Positions 62,911 to 64,000 of a stretch of 64,000 bases of DNA are shown in pieces; the stretch's first letter is position 1; each line of letters starts with the position of its first letter. The stretch is from NCBI RefSeq assembly GCF_964204645.1, contig NC_134028.1, positions 10,230,001-10,294,000 on the forward strand. The letters are read 5' to 3'. The notes below the pieces were generated by a model that did no database searches, was not told the origin of the DNA, and saw only the letters and a program-made list of their open reading frames with translations. Source of the stretch: Tubulanus polymorphus. Lineage: Eukaryota > Animalia > Nemertea. A program made the position numbers and the translations under genes.

Positions 62911-63336
62911 TTACTTATTAGTAAATTTATATGCTACAAATATAACAATAACTGTTCCACCTAAAATCCATATTATTTCATATTTCTGTTGTTCTTTACT
63001 CGGGGTAAAATAATCTGATAATTTAGGTTTGTATAGATGTAATTTTTCTTTATTGGTTACCGCGTTATATAAACTCATTGCATCATCAACTGATTGAAAA
63101 TCTCTATGTGAAATCTTCTGATCATATAATTCCTTGTGAATATTATCCATATAGTTTTGCCTCTTTTCTCTATATTCTTCTGCAGCTTTATTGTATTTCT
63201 CTAATGCTAAGTTATGCCTTTTTTGTTCTATTAATGATCCATTTTTATCAATATGCTTAAATAAATAACCACCACCAGTAAATGCTAAAGCGTTAACAAT
63301 TGCCGATCCTATAATAGTTATAACTGCAAAAGCCAT
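62911..63336 (-). CDS. Polinton membrane protein (copy 3), intact
   Basis: Homolog of 41537-41959. Confidence 0.82.
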   Translation of the reverse strand: MAFAVITIIGSAIVNALAFTGGGYLFKHIDKNGSLIEQKRHNLALEKYNKAAEEYREKRQNYMDNIHKELYDQKISHRDFQSVDDAMSLYNAVTNKEKLHLYKPKLSDYFTPSKEQQKYEIIWILGGTVIVIFVAYKFTNK

Positions 63337-63810
63337 TTATTTAGTAGAATAATTATGCATTTATATAGGAGGAATATATTTTAGTTTTTCCAAATAGCAA
63401 TAGTTAAATTAGATAAAGAAACTGCTAATGTTAATTTTAAGATATCATTTATATTAAATCTATCAACATTAACACTTCCCATTTTAAATACTTTTTTTAA
63501 TACCATTGAATAACCAACAGTTCCAACTGATAGTAATGCTCCATTATATATCTTCAAAATATTTAGTTATCTTATTTATGATTAATTCAACATTTATTTC
63601 ATTACTAGTTTCATTTGTATATATTTCAATTATTATTTTTTTAATATCATCGATGATAAAATCTTCATCTAATTCATAAAATCGTAAAGATTCTCTAATT
63701 AAATTAGTAATCTTTTCTACATTTAAAGTTTCTTTATCTATTGTTGTTTCGTACTCAAATGTTGTTTTATTAGAAAATGCAATATTTTTAATATTTGTAA
63801 TTACATCATT

Positions 63811-64000
63811 AGGGTTTTCTGTTTCTTCACAGAAAACCCTATTGAAATTAGCGTGATTATTATTTTATTATTATTTTTTTCCCTTTTCCACGTAGTTTTT
63901 GTTAAAAGTGTAAAGGCTTCCTTACCTTACCGCTGTCGCCGATACAATCCGTATGATGTCCTTCAGCTCACTTCAATCTCCAGATACTGCATGGGAATTT
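63811..64000. mobile_element. Start of an insertion interrupting copy 3 (Helentron/HINE-like end)
   Basis: Homology to copy 2 stops after TT at 63810 and is followed by hairpin AGGGTTTTCTGT...ACAGAAAACCCT and a (TTA)n tract. Confidence 0.5.

Larger units (their letters stand above)
53653..63810 (-). mobile_element. Polinton copy 3, inverted and partial (right TIR and terminal gene missing)
   Basis: Reverse-complement homolog of ~41010-52470 with the same gene order. Confidence 0.95.

Noticed and set aside
53653-63810. Copy 3 as an assembly duplicate of copy 2
   Set aside because: It has many substitutions plus private insertions and deletions, so it is a distinct copy.

Overview
AT-rich eukaryotic genomic DNA, probably from an invertebrate animal, made almost entirely of nested mobile elements. 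It holds three copies of one Polinton/Maverick (adintovirus-like) endogenous virus: the right end of copy 1 (1-~2480, followed by an inverted left-end scrap at ~2626-2874), a near-complete TIR-to-TIR copy 2 (33674-53219, +) and an inverted partial copy 3 (~53653-63810, -). Copy 2 encodes a protein-primed PolB, penton, major capsid protein, rve integrase with chromodomain and an A32-like ATPase. It is unusual in four ways. (1) The PolB carries a LAGLIDADG intein in catalytic motif C (YFD|S...KN|TDA, 37301-38365). (2) It has a zinc-finger/VLTF3-like late-transcription-factor gene. (3) Nearly every gene starts in a TAAATG motif like the poxvirus late initiator. (4) It has about seven small membrane-protein genes but no recognisable adenain protease. 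Together these suggest an animal-integrated, virophage-like parasite of a large cytoplasmic DNA virus (inference). Between the copies lie a piggyBac, an Academ nested in a Helentron-like repeat, a hAT-like relic with a perfect 59-bp palindrome, a CR1/L2-type LINE, and a spliced SETD8-like SET-domain pseudogene missed by the ORF track. Downstream of that pseudogene, an apparent satellite behaves like an array of 120-nt exons. Most ORFs carry stops or frameshifts. All family calls are from motif recognition by eye; no database search was run.
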